A stretch of 50,517 nucleotides of DNA from Patescibacteria group bacterium UBA3458 (lineage in GTDB: Bacteria > Patescibacteriota > Minisyncoccia > Phycocordibacterales > UBA2100), in NCBI GenBank assembly GCA_002378745.1, contig DFRR01000003.1:1-50517 (forward strand). Direction: 5' to 3'. The position numbers were made by a program, and so were the translations under genes. Numbering within the stretch: position 1 is the first letter of the stretch; the number at the start of each line of letters is the position of its first letter. Shown in pieces: positions 9,664 to 19,534 of the stretch. The notes below the pieces were generated by a model. It did no database searches, had not been told where the DNA came from, and worked only from the letters and a program-made list of their open reading frames with translations.

Positions 9664-10796
9664 GTACAAACAGTAGTTTACAATGGATAGTTAGAGGTTT
9701 ACGGACGCACGTTGGCGACCGAATTTTTTCAAGGCTATCAACTCACCGCGCTGCGCAGCAGCGTGGCTTCACTCTTATCGAGACTATGGTAGCAATCTCA
9801 GTACTGGTGGTTGCAGTCTCAGCACCACTGACACTTGCGTCGCAAAGCTTGTTTGCTGCGCTGTACGCAAAAGACCAAACAACTGCGTTCTACCTCGCAC
9901 AGGAGGCGGTTGAGCTCGTGCGAAACAAACGAGATAACAACATGCTGCGGATTCTTAGTGGACAAGAAGTCGGGTGGCTCGATGGTATTCCGCTGGATTC
10001 GAATTTTCATGTCGATATTCCGAATGACACCATTGAGGAATGTGGCTCAGATTGTTTATCTACGAAACTTCGCAATGATGGAATATTTTATAACTATGAA
10101 TCTGGAAACACGAGCCGGTTTGGACGCAGTGTCCGTGTAACGGAAAATCAAGACTTACCTGATGAGGCAGTCATCAGTGTTGTTGTTGAATGGCAAACAG
10201 GCGCATTTAGAGAACGCTCAATTACGCTTGAAGAACGTATTTATAACTGGGTACCACGCAGTGGTGATGTTCGTGAGCCTGTTGGTGACGGAGGCGGTGC
10301 TCCGATTCCGCAATGTGCTGACGGTATTGATAACGATGGTGATTTGTTGATCGATATGCTCGATCCGGGATGTGCAAATCCTGATGATCCGGAAGAGCTC
10401 GACGCAGCACTTCCTGTCGGAGGAGGGACCGTTATTTGTACTGAGCTCTACAACCAAGGTTTGCTCACGCAAGACATATACGAGGCAGATGCTGCGTTTG
10501 GCGCAACACTATCACCACTTACTATGCGCGGATACCACCTATGGGCAGCACCGGTTGTTTCGCTTATGCAACGCTCTCAAACAGCGACACGTGTAGTTGC
10601 ATTCATTGCTGAACCATGGACGGAAGAAATGGCATATCAGATGGGGGTCCGGTCAGAACGGAATGTTATTGGTGCGGCAATGATGTTTGTGGGAATCCCA
10701 TTCTCTTGGGCTATTGGTGCCGTTGATGCAGGACTTACCACACTCGCAACCGTTGTCTTTAGCACCGTAGAGTCCGTACGCAACTTCAGCAATTAA
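9660..10796 (+). CDS. Minor pilin (PilV/GspI-like N-terminus) with a long atypical C-terminal extension
   Basis: The prepilin motif is 'AAQQRG|FTLIETMVAISVLVV'. The C-terminal half carries 'CADGIDNDGDLLIDMLDPGC' and a terminal hydrophobic segment 'VIGAAMMFVGIPFSWAIGAV'. Confidence 0.7.
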   Translation: MSTNSSLQWIVRGLRTHVGDRIFSRLSTHRAAQQRGFTLIETMVAISVLVVAVSAPLTLASQSLFAALYAKDQTTAFYLAQEAVELVRNKRDNNMLRILSGQEVGWLDGIPLDSNFHVDIPNDTIEECGSDCLSTKLRNDGIFYNYESGNTSRFGRSVRVTENQDLPDEAVISVVVEWQTGAFRERSITLEERIYNWVPRSGDVREPVGDGGGAPIPQCADGIDNDGDLLIDMLDPGCANPDDPEELDAALPVGGGTVICTELYNQGLLTQDIYEADAAFGATLSPLTMRGYHLWAAPVVSLMQRSQTATRVVAFIAEPWTEEMAYQMGVRSERNVIGAAMMFVGIPFSWAIGAVDAGLTTLATVVFSTVESVRNFSN

Positions 10797-10798
10797 CC

Positions 10799-11389
10799 AT
10801 GAGTATGAAACGTTTACAAAAGATTTTTTCGCAGAGACATAACGACAGTGGTGTTGATGCGCTATCAACTAGCAACTATCAACTATCACCTCGTCGCGTT
10901 GCGCAGCAGCGTGGCTTCACATTAATACTTGCGGCGCTCGTTGCGTCACTGCTTACTTCGCTCGGCCTAGCTATGTTCTCGATAGCAAAGAAAGAAGTGG
11001 TGCTCTCGTCACTCGGACGTGATTCACAACTTGCGTTTTATGCGGCAGACACCGGTGCCGAGTGCGCACTCTTTTGGGATTTCCGATACAACGCATTTGC
11101 GACGTCTAGCGTATTTGATCGAGAAGGAGTAAATCCGACTTGTGCCGGGCAACCATTGCAAGACTTTCCAACTCCATACGAGGAAGGTATTCCTGACGGT
11201 GTAACCGGACTTGGTGGCACTAATACATCAACCTTTTGGTTTGAGCCGGAAGGAAAGTGTGTGTACGTGACGGTACAAAAGCGCAATACGCATCCACATA
11301 CGGTAGTTGAGGCGCTTGGATACAGCACGCCATGTAGTGAGCCCGAACATACCCGACGACTTGAACGTGCCGTCCGCTCAACATTCTAG
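10799..11389 (+). CDS. Minor pilin (PilX-like)
   Basis: Contains a prepilin-like motif 'VAQQRG|FTLILAALVASLL', but it has no Glu at +5. The downstream 'AFYAADTGAECALFW' resembles the PilX N-terminal region. Confidence 0.6.
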   Translation: MSMKRLQKIFSQRHNDSGVDALSTSNYQLSPRRVAQQRGFTLILAALVASLLTSLGLAMFSIAKKEVVLSSLGRDSQLAFYAADTGAECALFWDFRYNAFATSSVFDREGVNPTCAGQPLQDFPTPYEEGIPDGVTGLGGTNTSTFWFEPEGKCVYVTVQKRNTHPHTVVEALGYSTPCSEPEHTRRLERAVRSTF

Positions 11390-11399
11390 GGACCTATAG

Positions 11400-13726
<2,327 letters not shown>

Positions 13727-13727
13727 C

Positions 13728-15143
13728 ATGGAACTACAGACACTCACAATTGTCGACGCACGGAAGATGCTTGATACAGGAGAAGTGACCGCTGTGGAGC
13801 TTGCCGAAGAGTACGTTGCGGCTGCACGCGAAATGAACACACAACTCAATGCGTATCTTGAGATATTTGAGGATGTGCACGAACAGGCACAAAAGGCTGA
13901 CGAAATGATTGCGGCAGGAAACATCTTTCCAATGACCGGAATCCCAATTGCCATAAAAGACAACATTCTTATCAAAGGGCGCGTGAGTAGTGGAGCGTCA
14001 AAGATTTTGGAGAACTACGTTGCAACGTACGATGCGTACGTTATTGAGAAGCTCAAAGCAGAAGGCGCGGTCTTTCTCGGTCGTACCAACATGGATGAAT
14101 TCGCGATGGGTGGTTCAACTGAGAACTCGGCATTTGGTCCTACCAAAAATCCACACGATATAGCACGTATTCCCGGTGGGTCTTCTGGTGGTTCAGCTGC
14201 AGTGGTTGCAGCACATATGGCACTTGCCTCGCTCGGTACTGACACCGGAGGTTCGATTCGGCAGCCGGCTGCACTGTGTGGCGTAGTCGGATTCAAACCA
14301 ACCTACGGTGCGGTCTCGCGTTTTGGCACTATGGCAATGGGTTCATCTCTCGATCAAATCGGGCCGATTACAAAAACCGTTACCGACGCCGAGCTGCTTT
14401 TCGGCACAATTCGCGGACACGATTCGCGCGATGCTACTTCACGTCCTGATGCGTATTTTTCGGAATCTCAACAAGGTAAAAGAATAGGTGTACCGCGACA
14501 CTTCTTGAAAGAGGGGACTGATGAAGATGTACTTGAGGCGTTCAATGAGTCACTCAAAAAACTGGAAGCACACGGATATGAGATTGTTGATATAGAGTTG
14601 CCAAACATTCAATACGCGCTTGCAACGTATTACATTATTATGCCGGCAGAAGTTTCTACCAACCTTGCACGTTATGACGGTATTCGCTATGGGGTGCACC
14701 ACGATGGGGAGACGCTCTTGGGGGACTATATGCAGACACGTGGGAAGGGCTTTGGTGCCGAAGCACGCCGTCGAATTCTACTCGGCACTTTCGTACTCTC
14801 GTCCGGATATGTTGATGCGTACTATCGCAAAGCAACTGCAGTACGAAACCAATTGAAAAAAGAATTTGAAAAGGTATTTGCTGGTGTTGATTTTATCGTG
14901 ACTCCAACAAGCCCGACACCTGCGTTTAAAATTGGCGAGAAAGTAAATGATCCAGTCGCCATGTACGCAGCTGATATCTTTACGGTCCCGGTAAATATGA
15001 CGGGTGTACCAGCACTTTCTGTTCCAATGGGAACCGTGGTACGAGACGGGAGTACACTACCTATTGGTATACAATTCATTGCGAAGCACGGAGCTGACAC
15101 TGCACTCTTTGCTATTGGCAAAGACTTTGAGAAAATGAAGTAA
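13728..15143 (+). CDS. gatA: Glu/Asp-tRNA amidotransferase subunit A (amidase signature)
   Basis: 471 aa with the amidase signature 'GGSSGGSAAVVAA...GTDTGGSIRQPA'. Confidence 0.95.
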   Translation: MELQTLTIVDARKMLDTGEVTAVELAEEYVAAAREMNTQLNAYLEIFEDVHEQAQKADEMIAAGNIFPMTGIPIAIKDNILIKGRVSSGASKILENYVATYDAYVIEKLKAEGAVFLGRTNMDEFAMGGSTENSAFGPTKNPHDIARIPGGSSGGSAAVVAAHMALASLGTDTGGSIRQPAALCGVVGFKPTYGAVSRFGTMAMGSSLDQIGPITKTVTDAELLFGTIRGHDSRDATSRPDAYFSESQQGKRIGVPRHFLKEGTDEDVLEAFNESLKKLEAHGYEIVDIELPNIQYALATYYIIMPAEVSTNLARYDGIRYGVHHDGETLLGDYMQTRGKGFGAEARRRILLGTFVLSSGYVDAYYRKATAVRNQLKKEFEKVFAGVDFIVTPTSPTPAFKIGEKVNDPVAMYAADIFTVPVNMTGVPALSVPMGTVVRDGSTLPIGIQFIAKHGADTALFAIGKDFEKMK

Positions 15144-15151
15144 CTACGCAC

Positions 15152-15787
15152 ATGCCACGTTCAAACACAGTAACACCACCTCGTTTCGATGATTTTGAAG
15201 AAGGCGCAACAACCTTCACGCAGACACCGTCTTTGTTTGAAGGGAACACACTTGCCGAAACTATTCTCACGAGCGATATATGGGGGAGTATCTTTACCGT
15301 TGCATTAACGCTCTCAATTATTCTTATTGCAGGCATCATCTATTCGCGGATGCGCATATATCAGATTCGTAAGGCTGAAAAAGAATACTACATGAACCAA
15401 CCACCTTCGTTGGCGGCACGAAAAACATTTGGCATACAAGGCAGTGCTTCTACTTCAGGTTCTGTGCAAGAAGCGCGTTGGCGCAGTGTTATAGAGCATG
15501 TCTCGTCGGAGAATCCAAACGACTGGCGACAGGCAATTCTTGAAGCGGACGTGATGCTCGACGATGCAATCAGTAGTCGCGGATACACGGGAGACGGACT
15601 GGGAGAAAAGATGAAACAAGTACATCGAAGTGATATCAATAGTATTGATGATGCATGGGAGGCACACAAACTACGAAACCGTGTGGCTCACGAAGGGAGT
15701 AGCTATGATTTAACGCAGCGCGAAGCGAAGCGCGGTATTAATTTGTACGAAAAAGTTTTTCGTGAGCTTGGTTATATCGGAAAATAA
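15152..15787 (+). CDS. Membrane-anchored hypothetical protein with a C-terminal helical domain (possible HEPN-like Rx4H motif)
   Basis: 211 aa with one TM helix (IFTVALTLSIILIAGIIY). The C-terminal 'AHKLRNRVAHEG' contains an R-x4-H pattern. Confidence 0.5.
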   Translation: MPRSNTVTPPRFDDFEEGATTFTQTPSLFEGNTLAETILTSDIWGSIFTVALTLSIILIAGIIYSRMRIYQIRKAEKEYYMNQPPSLAARKTFGIQGSASTSGSVQEARWRSVIEHVSSENPNDWRQAILEADVMLDDAISSRGYTGDGLGEKMKQVHRSDINSIDDAWEAHKLRNRVAHEGSSYDLTQREAKRGINLYEKVFRELGYIGK

Positions 15788-15828
15788 ATTGTTTGGTCAG
15801 AGGTCCCTTTTGTGTTATGCTACTCCGC

Positions 15829-15899
15829 AGCGGGGTGGAGAAGAAGTATCTCGCGGGGCTCATAACCCCGAGCCGTCGGTGCAATTCCGGCCCCCGCAA
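15829..15899 (+). tRNA. Initiator-type tRNA-Met (anticodon CAT) with atypical D- and T-loops; could be a tRNA-like element or pseudogene
   Basis: Hand-folded cloverleaf. The acceptor is AGCGGGG/CCCCGCA with a 1:72 A-A mismatch. The D stem is GAGA/TCTC with a 7-nt loop lacking GG. The anticodon stem-loop is CGGGG-CTCATAA-CCCCG with consecutive G:C pairs next to the loop. The T arm is GTCGG-TGCAATT-CCGGC. Overall it collinearly resembles E. coli tRNA-fMet. No CCA is encoded. Confidence 0.55.
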
Positions 15900-15909
15900 C
15901 AAGCTAAAA

Positions 15910-15940
15910 GAAAATGCCTGCATCGTATGCAGGCATTTTC
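15910..15940 (+). terminator. Rho-independent terminator directly after the initiator-like tRNA
   Basis: Hairpin 'gaaaatgcctgcat cgt atgcaggcattttc', a 14-bp perfect stem followed by TTTC. Confidence 0.65.
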
Positions 15941-16230
15941 TTTCATGCTTTTGCGTAGGACACGGGCAAACTGCTTTGCCCGTGTCCGGAATTGCAAGGC
16001 GGAGCCATGTCTGAGTGAAGCGAAGACAGGCGAGCCTGGGCAGGAGCCACTTAGTGTTTCTGAGTGCGTAGCCCGGAGAAATACTTAGTGAGCTGACGCC
16101 AATGGAGGTCTTCTACAACACGTTAGCAAAAGAGCGCTTGGGCGCTCTTTTCCATTGAAAGCGAGCAAATATCTTGCTATTCTTCCGAGCACGTCGGGTC
16201 GGAGTGCGACCAGAGAAATATGGCGTATAT

Positions 16231-16304
16231 GTCGGGGTAGCTCAGTTGGTTAGAGCGTAGGACTCATAAACCTAAGGTCGGCAGTTCAATTCTGCCCCCC
16301 GACA
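16231..16304 (+). tRNA. tRNA-Met (CAT), elongator type (tRNA-Ile2/lysidine cannot be excluded)
   Basis: Canonical cloverleaf. The acceptor is GTCGGGG/CCCCGAC, the D loop is AGTTGGTTA, the anticodon loop is CTCATAA and the T loop is TTCAATT. Confidence 0.85.
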
Positions 16305-16367
16305 CTAGAGATAACCAAAAATGGAGCGATGAGCTCCATTTTTGCGTTGCGAGGAGGAGGTGCCGTA

Positions 16368-16637
16368 CTAGCGCAGGCGCGAAAGAAAATTCACGACTTG
16401 TTTGCCACGAGGGGTGAGTGTGTGGAGGATGTAATATCCGTCCTCCTCCTTTTCGATGAGTTCAGCAATATGCAATTTGCGCAGATGTTCAGACACCGCT
16501 TTGTAGCCTAAATCGAGTCGTTCAGATACGGCTTCAACATCAAGCCCCGGTTGTTTGCTGAGCAAATTAAGAATTGCAATCCGGCGCTTACTTGCAAAAC
16601 CTTTCGTAATTAATTCCAGTTTTTCAATATTTCGCAT
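16368..16637 (-). CDS. ArsR/SmtB-family winged-helix transcriptional regulator
   Basis: 89 aa. 'KRRIAILNLLSKQPGLDVEAVSERLDLGYKAVSEHLRKLHIAELI' has the ArsR HTH pattern. Confidence 0.8.
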   Translation of the reverse strand: MRNIEKLELITKGFASKRRIAILNLLSKQPGLDVEAVSERLDLGYKAVSEHLRKLHIAELIEKEEDGYYILHTLTPRGKQVVNFLSRLR

Positions 16638-16728
16638 AGTTTGATGATAAGAATTTCAAAAGTAATGGATGAATACACGATGTATCTTTCAGTGCAATAT
16701 AAAAATACCTATATAATCATTACCTTAC

Positions 16729-16760
16729 TTATTCTATCATTCTACAGAATGATAGAATAA
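16729..16760. promoter_or_regulatory. 32-bp perfect palindrome, candidate operator in the divergent ArsR / histone-like intergenic region
   Basis: 'ttattctatcattct ac agaatgatagaataa' has 15-bp perfect arms and a 2-bp spacer. It lies in an AT-rich region between divergent genes. Confidence 0.5.
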
Positions 16761-16873
16761 AAGATATACACACTTGTACACACTTTTGTGTTGCATTATC
16801 AATGCAAAAGAAAATTACACGTTATACTTTATATAGGTCGAGCACATTACAACTCCAAACCATATATATTTTT

Positions 16874-17038
16874 ATGGCAAAAAAGAAAGTTGCAAAAAAG
16901 AAAGTAGCTAAGAAAAAGCCAGCTGCAAAGAAGAAAGCAGTTCGCAAAGTAGCTAAGAAGAAAACTGCAGCAAAGAAGACAACCAAGCGCAAGACAGCTA
17001 AGAAGGCTGCAAAGAAGACCACACGTCGAAAGCGCTAA
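16874..17038 (+). CDS. Lysine/alanine-rich histone H1-like basic protein
   Basis: 54 aa, 'MAKKKVAKKKVAKKKPAAKKKAVRKVAKKKTAAKKTTKRKTAKKAAKKTTRRKR', with ATG at 16874. A hairpin at 17061-17082 plus a T-run follows. The ORF-track start at 16802 is probably an artefactual extension. Confidence 0.6.
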   Translation: MAKKKVAKKKVAKKKPAAKKKAVRKVAKKKTAAKKTTKRKTAKKAAKKTTRRKR

Positions 17039-17097
17039 AAGACGATGTGCTCAACAAAAAACGCCCTCATTATTGATGGGCGTTTTTTGTTTTTGGG

Positions 17098-17171
17098 CGC
17101 GAACGACGGGACTTGAACCCGCAACCTCCCGCGTGACAGGCGGGTGCTCTAACCAGTTGAGCTACGTCCGC
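17098..17171 (-). tRNA. tRNA-Asp (GTC)
   Basis: The reverse complement folds canonically. The acceptor is GCGGACG/CGTTCGC, the D loop is AACTGGTTA, the anticodon loop is CTGTCAC and the T loop is TTCAAGT. Confidence 0.9.
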
Positions 17172-17209
17172 AGCAGGAGCCATTCTAGCAGGATATCCCA
17201 AATTTTCCA

Positions 17210-18496
17210 CTATTTGAGCCTTTCAATGATGTCGTGTGCTGCGACCCAGGCAGTCGTCCAGCAGAGCTGTAGTGAAAATCCACCCGATGGACGATTTACA
17301 TGGAGCATATCACCGAGTATGTACAAATTGGAAAAGAGGCGTGACGCCATGGTTGTAAAGTCTACTTCCTCAAGTGCAACACCACCATCAGCGATAACGG
17401 CTCGTTCAAATCCCATGGTGCCGGTAATAGGGAAGCCGAGTGACTGCATCGTCCTCGCGAGCTTCCTTCTATTTTCTTTTAATATTGAGTGCACACTCAA
17501 TTCTCCGAGTGATGGGTTGGTTAGGTAAATTACGGCGTGCGCCACACTCTTTGGCATGAGCTCTGGCAATACGTTACGCAACTTCTTATTCTTGTGTGCA
17601 TCAAAGGTTTGTACAAGCAGTGCATCAAGTTCTGCCTCGTTCAAATCAGGAAACAAGTTCACTGATGCATGTACAGCACCACGCTTAAGTAATTCACGCA
17701 CTTCGAAGGAGCTGTTAAGAATAAGTGGACCTGAAATACCAAAGTGCGTGAAAAGAATTCGCCCTTTCTTTTTGAGTTGCACTTTTCCGTTCTGACTAAA
17801 GCGCACTTCGACATTCGAGCATGTGGTCCCCATAAGTCGGTGAACCCACGTGCTATTGGTTTTCAGAGGAACAATGTTTGGGCTTGCGTCGGCAATAGTG
17901 TGTCCAATCGCACGGAGCATACGAAACCCATCACCAGTTGAGCCGGTCTCGGGCGCGGCTACGCCCCCTGTTGCAAGCACGATGTAACGCGCAGTGAATG
18001 TTTCACCTTGGTGTGTGGTTACACTTGCAACTCGTGGGCCGTCTGTGGTGTCTGTAGTGAGTGCACGTACTTCGGTGCCCGTAAGGACTTTCACATTGTG
18101 CGTGCGCAAATCCTTTTCGAGTACTGCAACAACATCAGCTGCACGCTCAGACTTCGGGAATACCCGTTTTCGCGCTTGTGTTACCAGTGGAAGCCCGCGT
18201 TGTTCGAAGAAGGTGAAGGTGTCCGCTGATGAAAATTTCGAAAATGGCGAAAAGAGAAACTTGCCTGCCTGCGGAAAGTGTGAGAGGAACGTCCGCACAT
18301 CCGGTTCATTATTAGTGATGTTACACCGTTTGCCACCCGTTATGCTGAGCTTCTTCCCAAGTTCACGGTTTTTCTCAAGCAAGAGCACGCGAGCACCGGA
18401 CGACGCAACAATGCCCGCACACATCATGCCGGAGGCACCGCCGCCTATTACGATGATGTCATATGTATCACTAGAATGCATGCAGCAAGTATCCAC
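17210..18496 (-). CDS. HI0933/BaiN-family FAD-dependent flavoprotein
   Basis: The N-terminal dinucleotide fold is 'YDIIVIGGGASGMMCAG...LLLEKN..LGKKLSITGGKRCNITN'. The length and the C-terminal 'GGFSLQ' motif fit the family. The start may be the Met 5 codons downstream. Confidence 0.85.
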   Translation of the reverse strand: MDTCCMHSSDTYDIIVIGGGASGMMCAGIVASSGARVLLLEKNRELGKKLSITGGKRCNITNNEPDVRTFLSHFPQAGKFLFSPFSKFSSADTFTFFEQRGLPLVTQARKRVFPKSERAADVVAVLEKDLRTHNVKVLTGTEVRALTTDTTDGPRVASVTTHQGETFTARYIVLATGGVAAPETGSTGDGFRMLRAIGHTIADASPNIVPLKTNSTWVHRLMGTTCSNVEVRFSQNGKVQLKKKGRILFTHFGISGPLILNSSFEVRELLKRGAVHASVNLFPDLNEAELDALLVQTFDAHKNKKLRNVLPELMPKSVAHAVIYLTNPSLGELSVHSILKENRRKLARTMQSLGFPITGTMGFERAVIADGGVALEEVDFTTMASRLFSNLYILGDMLHVNRPSGGFSLQLCWTTAWVAAHDIIERLK

Positions 18497-18688
18497 GTAT
18501 ACGTGAAATGGTCAATATTATAGTGCGCTGCAAGGTGGTACTATCTATACATATGGATATCGCAGCTTTTTTGAATAATGTAGTAGCACTTGCAATACAA
18601 GCATTCACGTTGTTTTTACAATTTCTTATTGCATTGTTCACGTTGTTTATCAATTTCCTGTCGGGGTTACTCAATCTCCTCTAGCTAT

Positions 18689-19300
18689 ATGAAATACTTC
18701 GCGTTCACTCGGCAACAGTGGATACTCTTTTGCTTCTCTCTGCTGTATGTAGCAGGGTTTACCACATATTATCTTGCAAGCGCAAACTATGAATTCCTCT
18801 GGTACGTTGCCGTGCTCGTATTTTTCTTTGTATTGCTTGTCGTAACGCTGCCGGCATCTCGCTTCTCAACCACGATTCTTTGGGGACTCTCACTCTGGGG
18901 GCTCATGCACATGGCAGGAGGTAGTATTCCGGTAGGTGATGGCGTGCTCTACGGCGTACAGTTAGTTGATATCGCGCACGACGGTGAGTTCACGCTCATT
19001 AAATACGATCAGCTCGTGCACGCATTTGGCTTTGGTGTGGCAACGATGGTTGCACACCACTTGCTCGCGCCGCGCTGGAAAGAAGGAGCTTCAAAAGCCC
19101 TTTTGTACACGCTTGCAGTTTGTATTGGTATGGGACTCGGAGCGGTGAATGAGATTGTCGAATTTCTTGCGGTACTTTCGTTTCCCGAGACAGGAGTAGG
19201 TGGCTACTTTAATACCAGCCTCGATCTTGTGTTCAACACAATCGGTGCCGTGAGTGCAGTTATCGTACTTGCATTTCAAGAGCGGAAAAAGCGCCGGTGA
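18689..19300 (+). CDS. Polytopic membrane protein, DUF2238/YjdF-like
   Basis: Starts 'MKYFAFTRQQW' at 18689. It has 5-6 TM helices and the motifs 'YDQLVHAFGFG', 'NEIVEF' and 'DLVFNTIGA'. The ORF-track start at 18590 seems too far upstream. Confidence 0.5.
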   Translation: MKYFAFTRQQWILFCFSLLYVAGFTTYYLASANYEFLWYVAVLVFFFVLLVVTLPASRFSTTILWGLSLWGLMHMAGGSIPVGDGVLYGVQLVDIAHDGEFTLIKYDQLVHAFGFGVATMVAHHLLAPRWKEGASKALLYTLAVCIGMGLGAVNEIVEFLAVLSFPETGVGGYFNTSLDLVFNTIGAVSAVIVLAFQERKKRR

Positions 19301-19365
19301 TTTGCGCTCGTTCTCAAACATTGTAAGATACACCAGCGTGCACTTTGCACGCATGGCGTATATAC

Positions 19366-19438
19366 GCCGGGATAGCTCAGTCGGTAGAGCGCATCCATGG
19401 TAAGGATGAGGTCACGGGTTCGAATCCCGTTCCTGGCT
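19366..19438 (+). tRNA. tRNA-Thr (GGT)
   Basis: Canonical cloverleaf. The acceptor is GCCGGGA/TCCTGGC, the anticodon loop is ATGGTAA and the T loop is TTCGAAT. Confidence 0.9.
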
Positions 19439-19472
19439 CACGTAGGCGATAAGCCAGAAAATGTATTAAGAA

Positions 19473-19515
19473 AATCGGCGACCACCGAAATATCATGCAT
19501 AGGTCGTCGATTTGT
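19473..19515 (+). terminator. Hairpin terminator after tRNA-Thr(GGT)
   Basis: An 11-bp stem 'aatcggcgacc ... ggtcgtcgatt' with one G-T pair, followed by TTG. Confidence 0.5.
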
Positions 19516-19534
19516 AGTATTATGGTAAATATCT

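Noticed and set aside
9242-9676. 144-aa alternate-frame ORF inside the second minor pilin gene.
   Set aside because: The overlapping frame (9004-9663) carries the prepilin motif and is translationally coupled to its neighbours.
15762-16088. 108-aa and 73-aa ORFs in the tRNA intergenic region.
   Set aside because: They cover the initiator-like tRNA, its terminator and further hairpins, and show no coding-like composition.
16802-16873. Upstream extension of the lysine-rich protein ORF.
   Set aside because: The extension has no basic-repeat character, and an ATG at 16874 starts the repeat protein directly.
17073-17528. 151-aa plus-strand ORF.
   Set aside because: It overlaps tRNA-Asp and is antisense to the well-supported flavoprotein gene.
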